This document shows positions 11,575-22,385 of a DNA stretch of 47,070 bases, piece by piece. The notes beneath the pieces are model-generated. The model had not been told where the DNA came from. It searched no databases and worked only from the letters and a program-made list of their open reading frames with translations. The DNA comes from Octopus bimaculoides. Taxonomy: Eukaryota. Numbering within the stretch: the first letter of the stretch is position 1; each line of letters starts with the position of its first letter. Where the stretch lies: assembly GCF_001194135.2 (NCBI RefSeq), contig NC_068981.1, positions 100,430,346 to 100,477,415 of the forward strand. Direction: 5' to 3'. Made by a program: the position numbers and the translations under genes.

Positions 11575-14500
11575 TTTTGGAATCTAGACTCAGCCACATG
11601 GTTTCCTGTCATAGAAAAGTATATGTCCATAGTCTTCCAATCATAATCAGCTACATGACAAAACGAAAATGTCAGCAACCCAACCCAGAATCTTGATGGT
11701 CATTATCAATGAGGTGAAGGAAAACTGGATGGGTACTTTATCTTAAAAATTCAATGTTTTATACTATTTATAACAATGCTGAGTAGCATCTAAGAAAGGG
11801 ATTCCTGTACAGCCCTTCAAAGGGTGCAGTTTATTGCTTTTACTGTCCGTCCTTTGGTGTCAAGCTGACACAACAGATTTTCCAACAAGGATGGATTTTA
11901 ATGACTGGGAAAAAGCAGATGAAAAAATGAAAATAGATGAACAAAGCCAAAGATACAGAGATTCTGAGTTGAAGTTCAAAGTTTCATGTAGGAAACATTC
12001 TCCTGTTAACTACTTGGACAAACAAGTGCAGAAAAACTGAACTGAAGTATTGCATCGTGTCATGGGGATGACAATGTTTCTAGACAAGAGAGGCCTTAAC
12101 ATTTGAGGGTAGTAAAGAGATCACAGGATCTAAGCACAATGTTTCTTCATTTCTGTAAATTCAACACCAGACTGGGCTCATGCTGACCAGCTAACAGTCA
12201 CTGTGCATTAAACTGTTTCTGGGAAGCTGATAGAATGGTTTTTAACTTTACAGCTGACTGGTTCTCACCAAGCTGAAGGACTGGCTTACTTCTTTGTTAG
12301 AATTTCTTAAAAAGATGATATAAATTTTGAAAACTGCAGGGTGCATTCTCAGGACAATACTAGTAATGTGTCAGGGCATGACACAGGTGTGCAAGCCAGA
12401 CATATGTAAAAGAACTCAGCTGCAGTTTTCATTCCTTATGCTGCTTATACATATAATATTACTGGATAAGCTACTGTTTCTTACTGTATCACTATTTTGA
12501 TTTCATGCAAAGGTTTTAGATCTTTTTTTCTGTGTCTAACTTTACAGTCCTTGTCAGACACTTGTTGGTTAGCAAAAGCTGGTGCTACTGAACCCCTCAG
12601 TGATGGATATCACTGCATTCAAAATGCACTCAGATATATTGAAGATGATTTGGTACAAACACCTGAGGCAAGATATGAAGCTCAGACATCAACAGACAAA
12701 ATGTCTTAAAACTGATCAGATAGCTAAGATCTGGAATTTAATTCTTGTATGGTTTAATAGTTCAAATAATGCTTTTCAATGAGGTGAAGTTGATCTGAAT
12801 AAAGTGTAGGATCTACCTGGTTGTTTGGAAATCTTTCTGAAATCACTGTAGGATAAATATGATGAGCTGGAGTTGGATGTCCAGAAAATGTGTGGAAATG
12901 TAAACTACAAAGCAACAACAGATTGGCCAAGGAGGAGAAACAAACATGATGCAAATCCAGCTCAGAGGAAGTTATGATTTCTGCAAAAGCAAACTTTAGA
13001 TGCAAGACTTTCAAAGTCATTTTAGATCAGTTGTCATCATCATCATAGCCCTCCAGGCAATATCTGAGGAATTTAAGACAGGCTGCCTCTGAGAGCTCCT
13101 CTATGCTGATAACCTTGTTCTTATAGCTAAATCACTACCAGAACTAGAGAAGAAGTTTTAGGTATGGAAGCAAGGTCTAGAATTGAAGAACCTAGCAAAA
13201 GTTAAAGCCTTAGTAAGTAGGAAAGCAGACAAATCATAAATCCCTTCAGGAAGATGGCCCTGCTCCATCTGTAGAAAAGGCATAAGTAGAAACTCCATAA
13301 GATGTACCAGTGTAAGCTATAGACATATAAGAAGTGCAGCAATATCAGAGGAAGGTTAACAGGGAAAACAGTTTTTGCGTGTGCCAGGTAACAGGTACAA
13401 TTAACACTAAAAATGTACAAAAAGTAGATTCCATCACATGCCAGTAGGGTAAACTAGAAATTGTCAGTAGCTTCCATTTCCTAGGTAACCAAGTCAGTAG
13501 CAGGGGTGGATGCTCCAAGAGTGTAGCTGTTACAATAAGAATAGGCTGTGGAAAGGTCAGAGAGCTCCTACTTCTGCTGGTAACAAAGGGCCCCTCTCTC
13601 AAAGTGAAAGGTAGACTGTATGATGCAAGTGTGCGAACAGCCATGCCACATGGCAGTGAAACAGGGGCTGTGACTGGTGAGAACATGCATAGGCTTGTAA
13701 GAAATGAAGCTAGTATGCTTTGCTGAATGTGTAATGTCAGAGTGTAAGCATCCTGAGAGAAAAGTTGGACATAAGGGACACCAGATGTGGTGTGCAAGAG
13801 AGACAACTGCACTGGTATGGTCATGTGATGCATATAGATGAGGACAGCTGTATGAAGATGTGTCACACTATAATGGTAGAGGGAACCTGGGGAAGAGGTA
13901 GACCCAGGAAGACATGGGATGAGGTAGTGAAGCATGATCTTCAAATGTTGGGCCTCACGGAGGTAATGACAAGTGACTGTGACCTCTGGCAATATGCCGT
14001 GCTTGAGAAGACCTGTCAAGCCAAGTGAGATTGTAGTCATGGCCAATGCCTGCATTGCATAATTGGCACATAAAAGCACCGTTCAAACGTTGGTTCAAAC
14101 AGGTGATATGCTGTGCTTGAGAATACCTGTCAAGCCAAGTAAAATCATAGTCATGGCCAGTACCAGTGTCATCTGATTGGCACCTGTGCCAGTGGCACAT
14201 AAATAGCACCGTTCAAGTGTTGAGCCTCTCAGAGGCAGTGACAGGTAACCAAGACCTTTGTCAATATACCGTGGTTGTGAAGACCTATCAAGCCAAGTGA
14301 GATAACAGTCATGACTGATGCAACTGTCACATCAATGACACCTGTGCCAGTGGAACATAAAAGCATTCACTACACTCTCAGAGTAGTTGGCATTAAGAAG
14401 GGCATCCAGCCATAGAAACTTTGCCAAATCAAAGTGGAACCTGGTGCAGCTCCCCAGCTTACTAGTTTTCAGTCAAATCATTTTACCTGTGCCGGCATGG

Positions 14501-15020
14501 AAAGCAGACGTTAAGTAATAATGATGATGACGATGGTGATGATGATGATGATGTCTGTTGCCTTACAAAACTGTAGGGTAACCTATCAATTAGTGCACGA
14601 CAAGTTCAAAGTCATAGTGAACTTATGTAGTTTACTTGATGCAGAGGTATGAAGTGAAATTGAGAAACTCATCACCACTTTCACCTGTGATTTTAGTAAT
14701 GTGTTCATAAGGTAAGTTGTAGAGTTTCCAGCCTTTTATAAATTCAGATCATGTCACACTTCATCTCAACAGGTTCTTTTAATTTATGATGAAGAATTTT
14801 TTTAATACCTTTCCAAGTGTTGATGTAACTCTTAGAATATATTTAGCTTGATGGTCAGTAATTGTTCAGGAGAGAGGTCATTCCGTAAACTGGGACTAAT
14901 AAAGAATTATCTGAGAATCACAATGATACATAAAAGATTATGTGCTCTGTACCTTTTAGATGTAGAGACCAATGTTCTAAGGATGATGCAGTTTGAGGAA
15001 TCCATTAAAGATTTTCAGAT
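11575..15020 (+). pseudogene. hAT transposase pseudogene, interrupted by an RTE insertion
   Basis: LYSPSKGAVYCFYC..DFNDWEK (TTF-type Zn finger), LHRVMGMTMFLDKRGL, ENCRVHSQDNTSNVSG, SLSDTCWLAKAGAT (from SxTRW), and dimerisation domain MVSNCSGERSFRKLGLIKNYLRITMIHKRL; many stops and frameshifts. Confidence 0.9.
13036..14551 (+). mobile_element. RTE-clade LINE, 5'-truncated, decayed, nested in the hAT
   Basis: ELLYADNLVLIA (YADD motif, 13102-13113), ..LHWYGHV..GRGRPRKTW..DLQMLGL C-terminus, 3' end aacc..gcatggaaagcagacgttaa followed by a (gat)n tail. Confidence 0.92.
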
Positions 15021-15319
15021 GCCAAGTGTAGAAGGGAAGACTTTCAGTCAGTATTGGTAAAACTTGCTCTATTTAGTTTAGATAACAAAATTTTGCATTG
15101 GCAAATGCATTTGAATTTTCTATGTGCTAACTTGTCAATTTCAATTATATGCAATAGACGAGTTTTGAGATGTAAGTTTGGTGATTTATCATGGATTTTA
15201 ATTTTTGTGTATGTGGTGGGGCTCACTATACCTGAAGTGCTCCAGGCCTGCCAAGGTTTAAATCCGGTTGTAGCCACATCATTCCTAAATTGATTCAGTA
15301 AATTGATTGCATGTTTCAG

Positions 15320-16660
15320 AAGACCAGCAAAGTAGTCTCTAATCAATGGATTATTTTAAATTTGTATGTCTGTATGTGTGGAATCCAAATCTAATTGTCG
15401 TTTTTCTGGTGAAGGAATGTAAAATTCATGAAATATTCACCACATAAAGAGACTTTTCAATCAAAATGTCCATCTGGAGCAGTGTGCAAATTACAAAGAT
15501 TTCAATAAGGCAGTGGGAATAAATCACTGAAACACAAACAGGCAAACTAGATTAGAATTTAGTTAGTAGCAGTGAAGTTAAACAATGAAAATATTGATTG
15601 GCAAGATTATTGCTTGCCATTTCATTCAATTCTTCAATGTTCTCTGTTCAAACATATTTATGATCATATGGGAAAATCTGTTACACTTTCAGAAAATTGT
15701 TGCAGCAAAAGTTATGCATTTGAATTTGTGAAGTGCACTAACCATATCATTTTGAAAAATGTGATGAATGATACCAACACCGTCTCTTATATAACATTAA
15801 TTTTGGATGAAAGCAATGACAATTTAGTTAGTAAAATGTTGATGTCATATATCAAGTCTGTTCCTCTGTTCATTGAAATGACACAACCTTCAAGCAAGCA
15901 ATGGTAAGTTATTTTCCACAGTGAGTGAACAATTGTATATTTATAATTAATTGGATCTGCACAAAAAGTTAATGTTCACATCAGATCATAAGATTGTCTG
16001 GCTGGGGAATCAGGGGTATTGCAACATGACTAAAGAAATTCCACATCTCACAGAACAACACCACATAGATATGAGTTAACAAAGGTATTTCTACATGGTT
16101 TCTCAGCCTTCTAAGAACAGCGCTCAAATTTCCCTAAAGACTTTTATACTGTCTTTAAAAAGTGGATACACTGGATAATATAATCTGAGATATACTATGT
16201 CTGCAAAATAAAGACAGGTTTGATCACAGATCTGCTTGATCAAAGCTTTGTTGAGATTAAACAACATGATCTAAACAGCAAGATCTTAACAACAAGATCT
16301 TAACAGCAAGATCTAACCTTTGCTAATACATGGGAAAAAATGTGTCTGGAATAAAAATTATAAACACTACTTTGCAGAGGCTATTCAACATTCAGCAAGT
16401 TATCTGTAATGAAATTCCAGAACATGAGGATTTGGCTCAAATTTTTTGATATGATGTAATCTCAAACAGGTCATTAAACAATATTACATGGTGCTCATGA
16501 CATTTTACAGAGGGAAGATTATAAAAAGTAAACAAAAATGTCATTTAAAATTTATGACAGTTGTTTTGATAGAATTTTATTTAATGCAGTCATAAAAGAT
16601 TACATCATAATAAAATCAGGTAAAATCTTATCTATTTAAAATTTTACCTGATGATGGTGG
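15320..16660 (+). pseudogene. Second hAT transposase remnant (ZNF862-like)
   Basis: SVCVESK..FSG..IKR..NQNVHLE; SKSYAFEFVKC..ITLILDESNDNLVSKML (first catalytic D); DLHKKLMFTSD; KEIPHLTEQHH. Confidence 0.75.
16262..16318. repeat. ~14-bp tandem repeat (aacagcaagatctt) x3-4
   Basis: atctaaacagcaagatcttaacaacaagatcttaacagcaagatctaac. Confidence 0.85.
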
Positions 16661-17079
16661 ATTGTATATTATATTTTTTTCTGACTGTATTAAATAAAAT
16701 TCTACTGAAGCAGTTGTCATAGATTTTAAATGCCATTTGTGTTTACATTTTATACGTAAACCACACCAAGGACCCACCCCTGAGTTGGATCTTTGACTAT
16801 AAATTGGATTTGATACTTGCATAACTATGACATCCTACTAACAATTGATGTCTTCAATGCTGTTTATTTCACAGTAAGCTCTATGTCATCATACCTAACC
16901 ATTTCTGGTGTCCTACAAGCTTATGTGCCTTGATTCTTAAGAATCATCATAACTTCTATAAGTTCAGATCATGTCACACTTCATCTCAACAGGTTCTTTT
17001 AATGTATGATCATAACATAATAATATATATATATATTTTTATGTGTGTGAGTGTATGTGTGTGTGTCTGTGTGTGTATT

Positions 17080-17275
17080 GGTTTCAAATTTTAGCGCAAA
17101 GCCAGCATTTTCAGGGGAAGGGCTAAGTCAATTAAATTTACCCCAGTGCTTGACTGGTACTTATTTTATCAACAAGATGAAAGGCAGAATTTGAATTCAG
17201 ATCATAAAGATGGATGGTGAATACCATGAAGAATTTTGCCCAGCATGCTAATGATTCTGCCAGCTTGACACCTTT
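17080..17275 (-). mobile_element. SINE family B
   Basis: ggtttcaaattttagcgcaaagccagc..gaatttgaattcag..ttctgccagcttgacacc. Confidence 0.8.
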
Positions 17276-17284
17276 ATATATGTT

Positions 17285-18198
17285 TGTGCAAGAGAGATGA
17301 CTGCACTGGTATGGCCATGTGATGCATATGAATGAGGACAGCTGTGTGAAGAAGTATTGCACTCTAACGGTGAAGGGGACCTGTGGAAGAGGTAGACCCA
17401 GGAAGACATGGGATGAGGTGTTGAAGAATGATCTTCAAATGTTGGGCTTCATGGAGGCAATGACAAGCGACCAAGACCTTTTGAGATATGCCATGCTTAA
17501 GAAGACGCATCAAGCCAAGTGAGATCGTAGTCATGGCTGATACCAGTATCATGTAACTGGCCCGTTAAAAGCACCCTTCAATCGTTGGGTGATATGCTGT
17601 GCTTCTGAAGACCTGTCAAACTGAGTGAAATTATAGTCATGGCTGATGTCAGTGCTATCTGATTGATGCCTGTGCCGGTGGCGTGTAAAAAGCACCATTC
17701 ATGCATTAGGCCTCATGGAGGCAGTGACATCAAGCCAAGGGAAATCATAGTTGTGGCCGATACCAGTGTCACATAACTTGCCTGTTAAAAGCACCCATCA
17801 ATCATTGGGCAATATGCTGTGCTTGTAAAGACCTGTTGGACCAAATGAACTCATAGTCGTGGCTAATGCCAGGGCTGTCTGACTGGCACCTATGCCGGTG
17901 GCACATAGAAAGCACTGTTCAAGCATTGGGCCTCATGGAGGTAGTGACAGGTGACCGAGACCCTTGGTGATATACTGTACTTGTGTTGACCTGTCAAGCC
18001 AAGTGAGACTGTAGTAGTGGCACATAAAAAACACTCACTACACTCTCAGAGTGGTTGATGTTAGAAAGGGCATCCAGTCATAGAAACCTTGCCAAATCAG
18101 ATTGGAACCTGGTGCAGCCCCACAGCTTACCGGTTTCCAGTTAAACTGTCCAACCCATGCCAGCATGGAAAGTGGACATTAAACGATTATGATGATGA
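17285..18198 (+). mobile_element. RTE-clade LINE 3' end with expanded tandem 3' units
   Basis: ORF 17319-17522 (GRGRPRKTWDEVLKNDLQMLG) is homologous to 13765-14028; ends catgccagcatggaaagtggacattaaacgattatgatgatg. Confidence 0.9.
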
Positions 18199-18219
18199 TA
18201 TATATATATATATATTCTT

Positions 18220-18620
18220 TTATTCTTTTACTTGTTTTAGTCTTTAGACTGTAGCCATGCTGGAGCACTACCTTGAAGAATTTTAGCCAAGCAAATCGAC
18301 CCCAGTACTTTTTATTTTTTAAGCCACCTCTTTAGGGAAACCACTAAATTGCATGGATATAAACACACCAACACCAGTTGTCAAGCAGTGGTGGGGGACA
18401 AACACAGACACAAGGATACCCACACATAGATATATACATATACGTATATATACTTCATGGGCTTCTTTCAGTCTCCATCTATCAAATCCACTCACAAGGC
18501 TTTTGTCAGCCCAAGGCAATAGTAGAAGACACTTGCCCATGGTGCCATGCAGTGGGACTGAACCTGGAACTATGCAGTTGGGAAGCAAGCTTCTTACCAC
18601 ACTGCCACTCCTGCACCTAT
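18220..18620 (-). mobile_element. SINE family A
   Basis: Full head-microsatellite-tail structure on the minus strand. Confidence 0.88.
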
Positions 18621-19023
18621 ATTTATAAGATTCAACTTAGCCATAGAGGTACCAGTTGTGAGAACTCAATATACTAAAAAACAAACGACAGATCAGTACA
18701 GAGCTTAATATTAAGGTCACACTGACATTTATAGTTCTAACAGGTGTAAGCTAATGAAAGTGATTACATGACTCCTTTTCTCTTGTCATTCATTTATTAA
18801 TTAATACATATATAATTTTTGTGTGGTGTGATTCATTAATCATGACATATAACCAATGTTTAGAACTCAATATGTTCGGTCATATTTCAAAAGATCCATA
18901 TGTGAAGAGTAAATGCTTTATTAATTCAGATTTCTTTTTGTAGTTCCATTCCGCTACTTTGAGCACAGAACAGAGTACAAATGTGAAACAAGTGTGGAGA
19001 TTATCTCCACAAGTGTTTAATAC

Positions 19024-19025
19024 AT

Positions 19026-19073
<48 letters not shown>

Positions 19074-19140
19074 AAAGAGTGAGAGAGAAAGAGAGAAAAG
19101 GATGGGAGAGGGAGAGAGAGAGATAAAGAAAGAGATGGTT
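19024..19140. repeat. (CA)n followed by (GA)-rich microsatellite
   Basis: Direct reading. Confidence 0.95.
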
Positions 19141-19239
19141 TGGCCACATATATGCCCATGCTATTGCTTAAATTGAGTATGCTGTTATTTCTGATTTATG
19201 GACAATTAACTAATCTTGTGTGTATGTGTGATAAATAAA

Positions 19240-19410
19240 TGCTGGTGTAGTTATGTGCTAAGAAGTTACTTCCTAACTGTATGGTCCCAGGTTCAATCCA
19301 ACTGCATGGCACTTTGGTCCAGTGTCTTCAACTATAGCCCCATAGCAATCAAAGCCTTATGAGTGAATTTGTGAATTGGTAGACAGTAGCTGAAGGAAGC
19401 TCATAATATA
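19240..19410 (+). mobile_element. SINE family A head, degenerate
   Basis: gttatgtgctaagaagttacttcctaactgtatggtcccaggttcaatccaactgcatggcac. Confidence 0.7.
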
Positions 19411-19473
19411 TATATTATATATCCTCTTGCGCAAGGATGACATGCAAATTCATGAAGCACTTGATATTTTTAG

Positions 19474-19685
19474 GTGTAGGAGTGGCTGTGTGGTAAGAAG
19501 CTTGCTTCCCAACCACATGGTTCCACGTGGCACCTTGGGCAAGTGTATTCTACTATTGCCTTGGGCCAACCAAACCCTTGTGAGTAGATTTGGTAGATGA
19601 AAACTGAAAGAAGCCCACCGTATGTGTGTGTGCACGCGTGTGTGCGCACGTGTGTGTGTATGTGTGTTGTGTGCATTTGTGTGCC
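19474..19685 (+). mobile_element. SINE family A head plus (TG)n
   Basis: gtaggagtggctgtgtggtaagaagcttgcttcccaaccacatggttcc..gaaagaagcccaccgtatgtgtg. Confidence 0.88.
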
Positions 19686-20125
19686 AATGAATAAGGGACC
19701 AAACATGACAGAAAGTGAACAAACAACAAATAAATAGATATACAATACAGAAAGTGGACATGCAAACATGAATAAATGTGATTCAAGACAAGACCATTAG
19801 TGGATGGACAAAGGACAAAGACGAAAACAAACAAAACAAAATATGGACATACAAACTGAAATAAATAAACAGAATATGGCTTTATGGCCAGACAAGAGAT
19901 GAAAATATGGTTAACACCAGGAGGAATATCCTAAAACACTAGAAACAGGACAACAGATAGACAGCAAAATGGGTTGAAAGTGGGAGACTAGAGAAAATAC
20001 AACCAGTCGCGTCGGTGGTCAGTGTGTAAAGGAAAGGGTAAAGAAAATAAAGGGACAATGACCACAGGTCACATGTCAGTAGTAGAATGGAGAAAAGTGG
20101 TAGAGGGCAGAGAGCGACACAGAGA
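19686..20125. repeat. Unclassified purine-rich insert
   Basis: A/G-rich block between a SINE head and an RTE-like tail; shares short words (gtggtcagtg, ggtcacatgt) with 25060-25110 and the PLE 3' end. Confidence 0.35.
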
Positions 20126-20126
20126 G

Positions 20127-20185
<59 letters not shown>

Positions 20186-20420
20186 TCGTCTTGACATCAT
20201 GTGATAGTTGTAAAGTGATTGTCATTGTCATACAAATGGTATCTTTCATTTCCAATATTCTGTGAGAACATGTCTGGCCATGTAAAATATCATCTTGCTA
20301 GGAAAAAGGTGAGGGTTGGCAACAGGAAGGGCATCCAGCTGTAAATAATCTGCCTCAATAAACTCCTTCTAACCCATGGAAGCATAGAAAAGTGAATGTT
20401 AAAATGATAGGGATGATGAT
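20126..20420 (+). mobile_element. (TG)n plus non-coding SINE body with RTE-type 3' tail
   Basis: aggaagggcatccagctgt..aacccatggaagcatagaaaagtgaatgttaaaatgat shared with the RTE 3' ends; second copy at 20460-20722. Confidence 0.75.
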
Positions 20421-20459
20421 TTTATAGATAGCTGTATGCATGCATGCATGTATGTAAGT

Positions 20460-20722
20460 ATGCATGTGTGTGTGTACTCTTGTATCAACATCATGTGATG
20501 GCTTTAAATGAGTATAACCATCATACAAGTGACGTTATTTGTTTCCAGTCTTCTGTGAAAAACATGTCGGGCCATGGAAAATATCGTCTTGCCAGGAAAC
20601 AGGTGAGTATTGATGACAGAATGAGCATTTGACAGTAGAAAATCTGCCACAACAAATCCTGTCCGACCCATGCAAGCATGGGAAAAGAGGATTTTAAATG
20701 ATGATGAGGAGGATAATGATGT
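20460..20722 (+). mobile_element. Second SINE body with RTE-type tail
   Basis: Homologous to 20183-20420; ends gacccatgcaagcatgggaaaagaggattttaaatgatgatg. Confidence 0.7.
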
Positions 20723-21179
20723 GTAAGGTCACCATAAGATATTACACCGTGTAACAAAATTTTAATTTCTTTTTTTGTTTGTCTTTGGTTAAGTGTTATT
20801 TCCTATTTGTTTCTATCTAGAAATCAAAGGAAATGACTACTGTTCCCGTCAAACTTTGCTTTTGCCACCTGGAAATCAATGTTTTAAAACTGACCTATTT
20901 TCCATTACACTTCAGTCAGATTCAATGCCAAGTTGCTGAAGCAGAAATATTGTTATAGCAAATATTCTGCTCAATGCCACAGATTTGCTTGTTCGTTGCT
21001 TGACCTTAACCACTTGAGCATGTCCCTTAGTGACTGACAATATGTGCATCTCTGATCATAAACAGGAGTAGTAGGAGAGCATCATAGCCATGTGTTGAGA
21101 GGGATTCTTTGGGGTTTGAATAAATGTAACAAAAGCAAAGTTTGAAGGAAATATTAGCCATTTTTCATACTTTTTAGGA

Positions 21180-21500
21180 GTAAGCAAATAGGAAATAGAA
21201 ACAGTTGCTACTCAAGGACAAAAATTGTGTTATGCAGTGTTATCAGAGATTGTTAAGAATGCCTAGAATTTGCAGTGACTAGTGAGGATGACGAGTGACT
21301 ATTCCACAATTAGGGTTTATAACATTTATATCCTATTTTAATGGTAGCAAGGAAATTTACTGAATGGGATTGGAGTGCAGCATTCAACAAGTTGGGAAAT
21401 TGTGTAGAAGGCAAACATGTTGGCTCTGGTTCTTCTTAAGTTATTGCCTGAATGGGATGATTGGGTGTGGCTGTTTGGACACTAATGATATGGTATGGCT
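21180..21500 (-). mobile_element. Old CR1/Jockey-like LINE fragment (EN-RT linker)
   Basis: Minus-strand translation with stops: PFRQ..AFYTISQ..ECC..IKIGYKCY.P, resembling the linker of this clade; by eye only. Confidence 0.35.
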
Positions 21501-21644
21501 GACTTGACATTCAACCTGTTTTGCTGACAGCATGTTTAACACTGGAAGGAGAAATATACACAAACAGATAGAGAGAATGAGAGTGAGAGAAGAAGAAACA
21601 GACAGACATTACATATACTCACACACATAACAGAGAGAGAGAGA

Positions 21645-21676
<32 letters not shown>

Positions 21677-21735
21677 TAGAGAGAGAGATAGGTGGAGTGA
21701 GAGAACAAGAGACCCATTAAAATGGGAGAAATATT

Positions 21736-21947
21736 GATTTCAAATTTTGGCACAAGGTTAGTAATTTGGGAGAGGATGCAAGTCGATTACATCGACTCCA
21801 GTATTCAACTGCTACTTATTTTATTGATCCCAGGAGGATGAAAGGCAAAGTTAACCTTGGTAGAATTTGAACTCAGAATAGAAAGACAGACAAAATACTG
21901 CTAAGCATTTCGCCCAGTGTGCTAATGATTCTGCTAGCTCACATCTT
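21736..21947 (-). mobile_element. SINE family B
   Basis: Perfect 16-bp TSD aaatgggagaaatatt at 21720-21735 and 21948-21963. Confidence 0.9.
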
Positions 21948-22039
21948 AAATGGGAGAAATATTAAAGCATTTGATGTTAAATTTGATGTTAAAGTCAGTG
22001 TTGAATGAGAAATGCCAAATAGGCGATGGCAAAATGACT

Positions 22040-22077
22040 GTACCAAACATCTTGTACCCTGTTGTACCTCAGCCACC

Positions 22078-22129
<52 letters not shown>

Positions 22130-22385
22130 TCCACAGCTATTATAATGGCCTCTGCTATCAGAACTGGTCAGGCTCATGCCACCTTGACTTAAGTATTTCC
22201 ATCATCCCACTTGTCACTCCTTCTCTCATCATTTTGTAGTGCTAAACTCCTCTTCACTAAGTCTTCACACTTATCACAACACCCAGTCCTTCCTTCCAGA
22301 ACAATGGCTGTCTGAAATTCTCTCTCTGCTCATGTCTTTCTCCCTGGTGATGACTTACAAAGGTTCAAGAGGAGATTTAGTAGAA
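22040..22385 (+). mobile_element. CR1/Jockey-like LINE 3' remnant containing a (CT)n expansion
   Basis: SLCLFHSYYNGLC..QSFLPRTMAV*NSLSAHVF..DLQRFKR matches the C-terminus of this clade. Confidence 0.75.

Larger units (their letters stand above)
9680..15272 (+). mobile_element. hAT DNA transposon (ZMYM1/DUF4371-type), decayed, both ends preserved
   Basis: Left end catagccagatttata (9680-9695) and right end tttaaatccggttgta (15257-15272) are 11/16 inverted matches; 8-bp TSD accacatc (9672-9679) / gccacatc (15273-15280); transposase remnants lie between. Confidence 0.8.

Noticed and set aside
13345-14079. 244-aa minus-strand ORF
   Set aside because: Antisense shadow of the plus-strand RTE ORF2 remnant.
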